From a virus, in IMG/VR virus record IMGVR_UViG_3300037155_000096: 64,000 nucleotides of DNA. One strand, given 5' to 3'. A program made the position numbers and the translations under genes. Every line of letters begins with the position of its first letter. Positions within the stretch are counted from its first letter, which is position 1. Shown piece by piece: positions 36,969 to 44,932 of the stretch. The notes under the pieces are model-generated. The model was not told the DNA's origin and did no database searches. It saw only the letters and a list, made by a program, of their open reading frames with translations.

Positions 36969-37558
36969 TTCGCGCTCTGCTGGGTTGGTTTCTGTATCGA
37001 TGTTTTCGAATATGTCACTGGCGTGAAGTACACTATTCTGAAGTAATTAGCTGGCTGTATGTATCTTGTTCTCTTATAAACTCCATCTCCGTCTGACTGA
37101 CTGCCAGCCGTACCGGAAGACGTATTCCCTTCAACCGTGGATCCACTGGATTTATTCCAATGAAGCACAAATCCTGTATGCCCGTGTATCGTAGTTCCAT
37201 GCCGGAATATGAATATGCTTCCGTCGGGTACTTGTTTAACTCCGATAAGAACATCTTTCGCTGCGATACTGGTCTTGGTTATGTAATTCACCGCCAGACC
37301 GGATCTCATCTTGGGCAAATCGACTTGCGCAGTTGTCAGATTAAAACCGACAAACGCTCCACACCAAGAGTCTCCCTTATGGAGTCCTACCGAGTGAAGG
37401 AACATTTCTACTGCCACACCATCATTATGCCCGGTCTTTTCCTTTACGCCGACAAATGATAATGCGGACTGAATGTGCTTAGCCTGTCCGAACGTCGGAT
37501 TAGGAAGAAGCGATACAAGCAGCAGCAAGAATACAATTCGACATGAAAAATATCGCAT
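36965..37558 (-). CDS. CHAP-domain endolysin with a predicted signal peptide
   Basis: VGVKE..GHNDG, SWCGAFV (catalytic Cys), HGHTGFV (His), TVEGNT; hydrophobic N-terminus ending TFG-QA. Confidence 0.85.
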   Translation of the reverse strand: MRYFSCRIVFLLLLVSLLPNPTFGQAKHIQSALSFVGVKEKTGHNDGVAVEMFLHSVGLHKGDSWCGAFVGFNLTTAQVDLPKMRSGLAVNYITKTSIAAKDVLIGVKQVPDGSIFIFRHGTTIHGHTGFVLHWNKSSGSTVEGNTSSGTAGSQSDGDGVYKRTRYIQPANYFRIVYFTPVTYSKTSIQKPTQQSAK

Positions 37559-37787
37559 ATGCTATCGGTTCCTTTGTTATTAACGCCATCGTGTCTACTT
37601 CAGGACATGCGAAATGGTCAAACGCCCATACGATTGTCACTGCTATGACATACTTAAAAATGCCTACTGCAAACGAACTGTATTCGATTGCATAACTGAA
37701 CGTGAACCATACTCCCAGACCGGAGATTAAGCCCATTATCAGAAACGTCCTGAGTGCCGCAAATGCTTCCTTATTAAATGCTTTCAT
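37500..37787 (-). CDS. Putative holin (about 3 TM helices)
   Basis: 95 aa, hydrophobic segments, immediately upstream of the endolysin. Confidence 0.6.
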   Translation of the reverse strand: MKAFNKEAFAALRTFLIMGLISGLGVWFTFSYAIEYSSFAVGIFKYVIAVTIVWAFDHFACPEVDTMALITKEPIAYAIFFMSNCILAAACIASS

Positions 37788-37795
37788 TACCTATC

Positions 37796-38137
37796 CTATT
37801 TCGTTGAAAAATATTTTACTACTGCCATCGTGATTCCACCGGACAAGAGAGCCACTATGAATCCCCATACTCCCAGAATCACTTTTAATTTCAAATCCTG
37901 ATTACTGAACTTGAGTTCAACAGCTGCAACAGCCTTATTGGTTTCCTTAACCTCATCCAGAGCCGCTTTCTTGCTATCTTCGATCTTCTTTTCAAGATCA
38001 ATCCTCTGGGACTCAATTTTCTTCCATATCTCTGTCTGGGCGGTATCCAGTCTCTCCAATTCACTAAGAATCAGGCGACGGTACTCCCCAAAATGGTCTC
38101 TACTGAGATCAACTGTTTCCTGCCCGTTTTCTAACAT
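37796..38137 (-). CDS. Coiled-coil protein with a C-terminal TM helix (XhlA/holin-like)
   Basis: Heptad-rich N-terminus, then VILGVWGFIVALLSGGITMAVV. Confidence 0.6.
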   Translation of the reverse strand: MLENGQETVDLSRDHFGEYRRLILSELERLDTAQTEIWKKIESQRIDLEKKIEDSKKAALDEVKETNKAVAAVELKFSNQDLKLKVILGVWGFIVALLSGGITMAVVKYFSTK

Positions 38138-38139
38138 TT

Positions 38140-38835
38140 CTACCCTGTTATCGTATTCTTAATGGCGAACAATATTTCCTTGGCGACTCCGCAAGTTGCA
38201 CAGTTCAATTTCGGATCTGTCAAAGCTGTCTCCAGGATACCCTTCATACTGTTTATGGCTGACGCCACTTTTTTCTCATTACGACTGTTCTTCAGATAAA
38301 AACTAATGCCCGTTGCAACCGTTCTCATAAGGTTCAGTTCATATTTGTCCCACGCCTCAGCATCTTCATAATCACTTATGCCGACGAAACCGATATATTC
38401 TTCTTTTATAAACAAGGGAATCAATAAGGATGAATTCAGTTCAAAATTCTCAAGGATGGAACTCCACGGCTCTGCACCGGGAGAGGGAACGGAATGTACG
38501 ATCTGGTTCGATGATAATTTTTCATATAACAAGTCTGCTTCATCGTAAGCAAAATGTTCTACTGCCGGTATTGTGATTTCTTCGGAAAGCCACATTCCCT
38601 GGCGGGAGGCGTATATTCTACCTTCATAAATGAGGTTCGTAAACACGAATGCCTTGGATACATGCGTGACTTCCCCAAGTTTTTTCAATGCTGCTGGAAA
38701 GACGCTCCCACCATTTGCCAGAAGTATATTCTGGATCTCTACTATTGCTCTTAAATACTTATCATGTTTTGCCAGCTCCAGATCTTTTTTATCCAGTTCC
38801 TCGGCAAGCGTCCTTAACTGTTCAAGATTCGACAT
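38140..38835 (-). CDS. Stand-alone GAF-domain protein
   Basis: ALKKLGEVTHVSKAFVF...SSLLIPLFIKEEYIGFVGISD...WDKYELNLMRTVA matches GAF domains of sensor kinases; no output domain. Confidence 0.8.
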   Translation of the reverse strand: MSNLEQLRTLAEELDKKDLELAKHDKYLRAIVEIQNILLANGGSVFPAALKKLGEVTHVSKAFVFTNLIYEGRIYASRQGMWLSEEITIPAVEHFAYDEADLLYEKLSSNQIVHSVPSPGAEPWSSILENFELNSSLLIPLFIKEEYIGFVGISDYEDAEAWDKYELNLMRTVATGISFYLKNSRNEKKVASAINSMKGILETALTDPKLNCATCGVAKEILFAIKNTITG

Positions 38836-38987
38836 GGTGATTTCCTTTCGGCAGGGCGTACTATCTTAATCTTATCGCTATTCATCCCAAACCCACTTTC
38901 TGATCTCTGCTAATCGGACTTTACATTACCTCATCTACTTTACATTCTCATCTATTCCGACTTCACCATAGAATTACACAACGTGAG

Positions 38988-39019
38988 CAAATTAAATACT
39001 ATAAGAGCCTGTTACAACG
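38988..39019 (-). promoter_or_regulatory. Candidate promoter CGTTGTAAC-N16-TAATTTG upstream of the GAF-lysis operon
   Basis: TTGTAA and TAATTT separated by exactly 17 nt; same motif and spacing at 44073-44104. Confidence 0.55.
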
Positions 39020-39057
39020 GTCACGCCCCCTTTTAAGCGTCATTATGGACATTTCGC

Positions 39058-40647
39058 TTATCTTCTTGCCAATAAGTTGAACCCTGCGGAACTGTTCGCT
39101 GCACTTACATAATACTCTCTTATGATTACTATTCCTGAACCACCCGAGCCGGGCCATCCAGCATCGCTATTAGCTCCGCCGCCAGTGGCAAATTCACCAT
39201 CTGTTGCTGCGGTGTCAGATTCTTCCGGAACTTCGCCTCCCATTTCTCCCATGCCTCCGCCACCTTGAGCGCTGTTCTGAGTGCCACCTTGATATGGTCT
39301 TCCTCCTCCCTGTCCACCACCCGAGAATAACTGTCCATCTGATTCGCCAAATGCTCTTGTCGTTGTACGCTGCCCGAGTCCCCCGAAGATTGCGCCATTC
39401 TCTCCATCATTGCCATTCCAGCCGCCACTTCCAGCTCCCCCGGCTCCACCTGAGCCCCCGTCACCGCCTTTTCCATAATTCCATACACCAATAACGACAT
39501 ACCCCGAAGAATCACGGACTATCGAACCTATGTGTTCTTTCGAAGGGACATTCTGCCACTGTTCCCAATCGGCACCTATTTGATCTGAACGGAACACACC
39601 ATAACTTTCTGTCCCGATCAAAAACCCTATCCCAGTCCATGCTACCGAGGTCACTTTAATATCGGTTAAATTCGAGTGAATCCAACTTTGTCCGGCTTCC
39701 GTAGAATAGTAGATTCCATTGCCAGTCCCTGCCAGAAGACTACGCATTCCGTCATAGAATAGAGTATAGCACGACGAAGTCCCATTCATCAAATACCAGT
39801 TAACGCCATAATCTACGGAACTGAGAATACCTTCTTGAGCTCCCGCATACAAAATTGCGCCTTGTCCAGCGATTACTTGATAAAACAGGGGTTGCCAGGC
39901 ATTAGGGTTACTATTAGCCTGCACCCATGAAGTGCCATTATCCAGAGAACGATATAGACCTGTGCCGTGTGTAGAAGCATACATATAATATTCACCGGAA
40001 GTGAATGAAGTAACTTCAAGAAATTGTGTGACTCCATTATCTTTTGTCCACGACGCCCCATTATTTATGGACGTATATATGCCCTGACGAGTGCCGACAA
40101 AGATTTTATTGCCAACGAAGAACCAGCAGTTGATATTCACTACCCCGTTAAATCCATTATTTATCTGTGTCCAGCTTGAACCGTGGTCTGAGGATCTCCA
40201 TGCTCCTTGATTATTTACTCCGACATAGATATAACCTCCGTTAGCGGCAAGAGAGTTCACTTGTGAGTATCCCAGCCATCCGTTCTGAGAGAAAGTCATA
40301 CCATCGTCATCTGATCTAAGGATTCCATATCCTCTACCGGCGCATCTTCCTCCTGCCGCGAAATATGGTCCGAACGAAGATTGAGCGCCATTTTCAGTGT
40401 CATCAGCGTATCCGCCTTCACCAACCATTGCGACATAATCTGTCGCAGGCGTGACAGGTATATTCGTGAATGTCCTTGTAAAACCACCACCGCCACCACC
40501 GCCAGGAGCAAGATTGGTTACTCCCCAGCCTCCGCAACCGCCTCCGCCAGCCAAAAATACATCAACCGAGTTAACATCTGCTGGGCACGTCCATGCGTTA
40601 TATCCAGTGCTATCAATAACCGTGGTTCTTTTTAGAACTCTGCTCAT
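39058..40647 (-). CDS. Glycine-rich phage fibre/appendage protein with an inserted BNR-repeat beta-propeller
   Basis: N-terminal WTCPADVNSVDVFLAGGGGCGG and C-terminal GGSGIVIIR Gly-rich domain; central repeats SxDxGxSW (RSSDHGSSW, SINNGASW, SLDNGTSW, SVDYGVNW, STEAGQSW). Confidence 0.75.
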   Translation of the reverse strand: MSRVLKRTTVIDSTGYNAWTCPADVNSVDVFLAGGGGCGGWGVTNLAPGGGGGGGFTRTFTNIPVTPATDYVAMVGEGGYADDTENGAQSSFGPYFAAGGRCAGRGYGILRSDDDGMTFSQNGWLGYSQVNSLAANGGYIYVGVNNQGAWRSSDHGSSWTQINNGFNGVVNINCWFFVGNKIFVGTRQGIYTSINNGASWTKDNGVTQFLEVTSFTSGEYYMYASTHGTGLYRSLDNGTSWVQANSNPNAWQPLFYQVIAGQGAILYAGAQEGILSSVDYGVNWYLMNGTSSCYTLFYDGMRSLLAGTGNGIYYSTEAGQSWIHSNLTDIKVTSVAWTGIGFLIGTESYGVFRSDQIGADWEQWQNVPSKEHIGSIVRDSSGYVVIGVWNYGKGGDGGSGGAGGAGSGGWNGNDGENGAIFGGLGQRTTTRAFGESDGQLFSGGGQGGGRPYQGGTQNSAQGGGGMGEMGGEVPEESDTAATDGEFATGGGANSDAGWPGSGGSGIVIIREYYVSAANSSAGFNLLARR

Positions 40648-41177
40648 AAGATCAGACTCCTGTTCTCTGGAGAAACATATTCTTCCCCATAGGCTTCGAA
40701 TAATTCCTTTTCGCTGTTTACTATAATGCGTTGTCCCAACTCATCAAAGAATCCTGTGCGAGACAACCACTTGCCCTTGGCATTTATTTTAGTCATCAGA
40801 ACTTCATTATAATCACGGCTCCCGGTGATAAATTGAACCTTGTGCCACCAACCATTTTCCTCTGCAAAATAAAATTCTATTTTGTACCCAGCGGGCATGG
40901 TTATGCTGATTACATTGCCGCATGGCATAGTCTCCATTTTTGCGACGATATTATTTTCTTTCGCACTCGACATAATCTTGGTCAACACCTCCCTGTCTTT
41001 CTCCCAGATGACAATATCGCCGTCCCCGCAGGTCTCACATTTTCTTCTTATTGAGCCGACCACCAGATATTCTAACGCCGGAGTGCCCGTGTGTTCGGAA
41101 TACTCCTTAATCAAATCTTCTATGATTCTGCAGTGCGCTGCTGCTTCGGCAAGTGGAATTCTTGTTCCTCTTGACAT
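40644..41177 (-). CDS. polX: Minimal family X DNA polymerase (palm + C-terminal domain only)
   Basis: VVGSIRRKCETCGDGDIVI (GS-x-RR...GDxD), FITGSRDYN, SEKELFEAYGEEYVSPENR; 177 aa. Confidence 0.85.
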   Translation of the reverse strand: MSRGTRIPLAEAAAHCRIIEDLIKEYSEHTGTPALEYLVVGSIRRKCETCGDGDIVIWEKDREVLTKIMSSAKENNIVAKMETMPCGNVISITMPAGYKIEFYFAEENGWWHKVQFITGSRDYNEVLMTKINAKGKWLSRTGFFDELGQRIIVNSEKELFEAYGEEYVSPENRSLIL

Positions 41178-41178
41178 C

Positions 41179-43377
41179 CTAAACCCCTACACCAACTGAC
41201 ATCAAGTTCCATTTACCTAAACTTGCAAACCATTCGAAAAGCATAGTCATATTCTTCCCAAGTGTTGTGGTCGTTGGCAGAGCGGTTCCAGCTTTTGCCA
41301 CATAATTAGTCCCAAAAGAAAGTGCCCGAGCAAACCCATTGTCCAATAATCGTATTTCCATGAGTTCCCCATCAGCAGGTATGCTATAAGAGTGATTGGC
41401 TATTGTCAATGGCTGTGACACCGCCGTTACATCGAATATATCGAATGTTGCAATCTCGGGCGTAAGACTCGCGCCTACACTATTCACAGTGTAGACTCTC
41501 GGCTGCTTTCTTTTATTTGTTAAAATATTCGTGCTTGAAATGGTCGGGACCACTATGCCACCCATCGTAATTGCATTAGTGCTTTCGATATCAGTAGCCC
41601 ATAATTTCGCTAACCTTGAGCCCGTCGCCCCTATGGTTTGCGGAGTTGCTTGAGAAACTAAAATTGCACCTGTCAGGGACGTTAAATATCCCGCGCTCGT
41701 CCAGGGCGTTCCGACTACCAGTGTTCCTGATGTCGAGGGTAACGTCAAGACAATGTCTGTTCCGGCGACCACGTTGGGCTGTAAGGATACATTCCCGGAT
41801 GTCGAACCCGCTAAACGAATCACACCTAATTTTGTGCCTGCCAGTCCTAAATCTAATAGTGCGCCCGGATTAGCGTTCCCTACGCCCAGATTACCACCAT
41901 TGAAAAACGAGCCGCCGCTTTTTGCTAACTTTATAAAATTAGTGCCGCCATCGGTCAGTGCAAAAAATGCTTCCAGAAAAGTATAATACGTAGCACCATC
42001 TCGACCGATATATAGCTGATCGTAGGCTGGCATTATGTCCCAGTAATGTGTGTCTGCGCTTTGTTCAAGTCTTAGACCGCCAGAACCATACGCCACGCTT
42101 CCTGCCTTAAAATGGAGCTTCCCTGTCGGGTTGCTTATACCGACTCCAATATTGCCGGTTGCTATGACATTACTTACATCAAGATCTGTTGCCCATAGTT
42201 TCGTTAAACGATTTGACGAGTTTCCTATGGTCTGTGGCGTAGTCTGAGCGGTTAATACGGCTCCTGCGAGGGAAGTCAGATAAACATTCGTATCTAATGC
42301 AAAAGTATTCGCACCCGTCATCTTTACAAATGATGTCGATGCGTATGTAAGTCCCGCCAATGAAGACAAACCCACCGAAACTGCTTGCCTGCCCGAGAGA
42401 TCTACTGTCAAGTGAGAAGCTGCTGTGCCCGCACCCGACAAAGGACTATCTACCACAACTCCTGTTAAATATGCACCCGTTCCCTGTTTCGTTGCCAACT
42501 GATCGTATAATAATTTTGCACTCGGATACTGAGCATCGGTGGAAGAGCCTGAAATCGAAGACACCTTCCTGGCGACATCTTCCGGAACATAAGTAATGTT
42601 CGAGTTAAGCGTATTCCAATTCGCAGCTGTCTGACCTGGGTTATTCGTATTGGCTATTATCGAGTCACCTATCTGGATTGCAGATCCGCCCAAAGTTCCG
42701 GCAGTGGAAATAACCCACATGTCGCCTTTCATAATTGCGCCAGCCACTCCTGAACCCGTGCTGGTCAGAGAAGTCGGATACGCATTCCCAGAGGCATTAT
42801 AACCGCTACGATAGTTGAGCAACCCGCCTATGAGATTATCTGCGTAATTTTTAATTGCTTTTACACTCGGGTACTTAGTATCGGAGCCACCATCCCCTGC
42901 TATATCTATTGACTTGTTGGAGAGATCTTCTTTCCCAGCGATATCACTCGCTAACAGATAAGAGCCGGCATTTTGTTTTCCATTCCAGTTTGATTTATCC
43001 GCGTCTGTTACCAGCCCATGTGTTGAGTCCGCCGTTAATTGAGACAGTGCAGTCGGCAATGTCTGATCTCCAGTGTTGCTACCGCTCAAAGTGGTTATAC
43101 CGAGCTTGCCCTTAATTGATTCTGTGGTTTCAACGTTTGCGGATATTCTGTCGTCAACTTTCTGATCAGTATAATACTTATGAGTCTCACCTTCAGTGAT
43201 GTCATCAGTATTCAGACCGTTGACCAAAATAAGGGAGTCGGCTGTGATACTACCGGATACGTTGAGATTGGCTTCAAGGAGAACGCTTTCTCCCACCATA
43301 TACATGAGTGCCGAGTTCGCATTATCCACGCTATAAAATTTTAGATGATTTCCATCGAATAATGAAACGGGCTTCAT
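41179..43377 (-). CDS. Tail fibre / receptor-binding protein
   Basis: Gly/Thr/Ser-rich modules typical of fibres (GNIGVG, GNLGVG, DITEG..NKYYT-like), internal 33-aa repeat. Confidence 0.75.
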   Translation of the reverse strand: MKPVSLFDGNHLKFYSVDNANSALMYMVGESVLLEANLNVSGSITADSLILVNGLNTDDITEGETHKYYTDQKVDDRISANVETTESIKGKLGITTLSGSNTGDQTLPTALSQLTADSTHGLVTDADKSNWNGKQNAGSYLLASDIAGKEDLSNKSIDIAGDGGSDTKYPSVKAIKNYADNLIGGLLNYRSGYNASGNAYPTSLTSTGSGVAGAIMKGDMWVISTAGTLGGSAIQIGDSIIANTNNPGQTAANWNTLNSNITYVPEDVARKVSSISGSSTDAQYPSAKLLYDQLATKQGTGAYLTGVVVDSPLSGAGTAASHLTVDLSGRQAVSVGLSSLAGLTYASTSFVKMTGANTFALDTNVYLTSLAGAVLTAQTTPQTIGNSSNRLTKLWATDLDVSNVIATGNIGVGISNPTGKLHFKAGSVAYGSGGLRLEQSADTHYWDIMPAYDQLYIGRDGATYYTFLEAFFALTDGGTNFIKLAKSGGSFFNGGNLGVGNANPGALLDLGLAGTKLGVIRLAGSTSGNVSLQPNVVAGTDIVLTLPSTSGTLVVGTPWTSAGYLTSLTGAILVSQATPQTIGATGSRLAKLWATDIESTNAITMGGIVVPTISSTNILTNKRKQPRVYTVNSVGASLTPEIATFDIFDVTAVSQPLTIANHSYSIPADGELMEIRLLDNGFARALSFGTNYVAKAGTALPTTTTLGKNMTMLFEWFASLGKWNLMSVGVGV

Positions 43378-43397
43378 GTGCTTCCTCTTTATAAATT

Positions 43398-43430
43398 AAA
43401 AGCCGGTCCGCTGGGGGAAGACAGACCGGC
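43398..43430 (-). terminator. Rho-independent terminator
   Basis: Stem GCCGGTC (43402-43408) / GACCGGC (43424-43430), followed on the minus strand by TTTT. Confidence 0.7.
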
Positions 43431-43446
43431 ACTCATACAAGACGGC

Positions 43447-44001
43447 TTATTCAGCCACCTCGCTTTGAACTTCTTCTAATACTTCCGGAATAGGAACTAC
43501 CGGCACCACTTCAGGTAAAACCGGTTCTACCTTATCGAAAGTCACCGAAATTTTCTTTCTTTCTTTAGGTTCGGCCTCGGTATCACTCTGATCGAGGAAA
43601 TTACCAAGCTGGAAGAAGTCATCAGTGTCGAGTTCCGTTATTCCTTCGAGATCCTCTACTGTGAACGGAAAAATGTTTGAAAGCTCTATGTCATTACCGA
43701 CCAGCTCTTTCATATACTTCTGCCATTTTTCGTGGTCTATGATGTCATAGCTACCTATACCGACTTCTTGAGGTGCTTCGCCCTCTTTCACAACCTTCAA
43801 TTCGGTTTTTTCTTTACCGACTAATTCAAGGATCTTTTTCTTTTCCGTGTAATAGTCAACCAAGTCTGGCTGAATTTTCTTTATGATTCTTCCCAGCTTG
43901 TAAGTCGCCTTAAACGAAAGTTTGTGCTCCTTGCTGAGTAAATCCAATTTTGTTAAGGCTACTTCCGCCTCAATGAGTGCGCCCAGTTTCATCCTGATCA
44001 T
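43447..44001 (-). CDS. Helical phage protein (DUF1617-like), tail-fibre associated
   Basis: KLSFKATYKLGRIIKKIQPDL pattern; acidic tail. Confidence 0.5.
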   Translation of the reverse strand: MIRMKLGALIEAEVALTKLDLLSKEHKLSFKATYKLGRIIKKIQPDLVDYYTEKKKILELVGKEKTELKVVKEGEAPQEVGIGSYDIIDHEKWQKYMKELVGNDIELSNIFPFTVEDLEGITELDTDDFFQLGNFLDQSDTEAEPKERKKISVTFDKVEPVLPEVVPVVPIPEVLEEVQSEVAE

Positions 44002-44072
44002 CGTATCATCTCCTAAGTTTTTCTTGTATGAGTTGCGCCAGAAACCTATCCGGCATTTATTATCGTAGACGA

Positions 44073-44104
44073 CAAGTTAGAAACTGAAGATGTCCGTTAC
44101 AACG
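44073..44104 (-). promoter_or_regulatory. Candidate promoter CGTTGTAAC-N16-TAACTTG
   Basis: Second copy of the motif at 38988-39019, with identical 17-nt spacing, in an intergenic gap. Confidence 0.55.
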
Positions 44105-44145
44105 CAGGACGGCCATATTAAGTGCCAATAAGGACAGTTGGGAAG

Positions 44146-44853
44146 CTAAATGCCGAAAAACGGGGCGTAGGTTTTGGGAACTGCAGAATATGTCATGACG
44201 AGCTTTATCCTGGTCGCTTTTAACTGAATGATTTCTCCCAGCGTGGCTGGAATAAGCATGTTCAGTTTCAGATGGATCTTCCTATCGGAATACTGTGCCG
44301 CACTCGGTACGCTGATAGCGCTTCCCATAGCATGCTTCCATCCTGATGCTGGATCGCCAAGTGTCAATATGCTCGGCTCGTTCTTCCAGGCATTGCCGCT
44401 TGTTCTTACCCTTGTCGGATGCTGCACGGCGACCAAATCCGTGGTAGACGTTCCCTTGACTAACTGAAGCGGACCAATTCCCGTTTCGGAAGCATTAAAA
44501 TACAATACGCTAAGCTTACCCCTCTTATGCATATACCATCTGCCGTAAAAGGACGCAGTAACGGAAGTTACTTTGGAGCCGAAAGGCACTCCAAGATCCT
44601 CCCATATACCCTTCCACTCCCAAGATGGACTGGTACTTACTGCCGAGCCATGAGCCCCATTCTTGCCGTGCGCCGCCAGAGTTCCGTACCAGATGCCTGA
44701 ACCTTCGCCAGAACCCGGATGATCGGTTCTATGCGCTACTTTTCCCCTTCCGCTGCTTCTTTTCTTATACTCCAAGCCTATACCTTCGGTGGCATTGCCC
44801 GTCCACCCTTCGGCGTTCGCTGTAAAAAGAAACAATTTCGTTTGTGTTGACAT
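44146..44853 (-). CDS. Hypothetical structural (fibre-associated) protein
   Basis: 235-aa beta-rich ORF in the fibre module. Confidence 0.55.
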   Translation of the reverse strand: MSTQTKLFLFTANAEGWTGNATEGIGLEYKKRSSGRGKVAHRTDHPGSGEGSGIWYGTLAAHGKNGAHGSAVSTSPSWEWKGIWEDLGVPFGSKVTSVTASFYGRWYMHKRGKLSVLYFNASETGIGPLQLVKGTSTTDLVAVQHPTRVRTSGNAWKNEPSILTLGDPASGWKHAMGSAISVPSAAQYSDRKIHLKLNMLIPATLGEIIQLKATRIKLVMTYSAVPKTYAPFFGI

Positions 44854-44932
44854 AATTTAATCTCATCAGGCAGTGTCCCTAACACGCGGTTCTACCGTGT
44901 TACACGGACCGCGGGTTGGGGACATTCCTGAG

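Noticed and set aside
44885-44913. Nested inverted repeat CGCGGT..CCGTG-TTA-CACGG..ACCGCG as a third copy of the promoter motif
   Set aside because: It lacks TTGTAA and the TAAYTTG box at 17 nt; it may be a hairpin after the giant fibre gene but has no U-tract.
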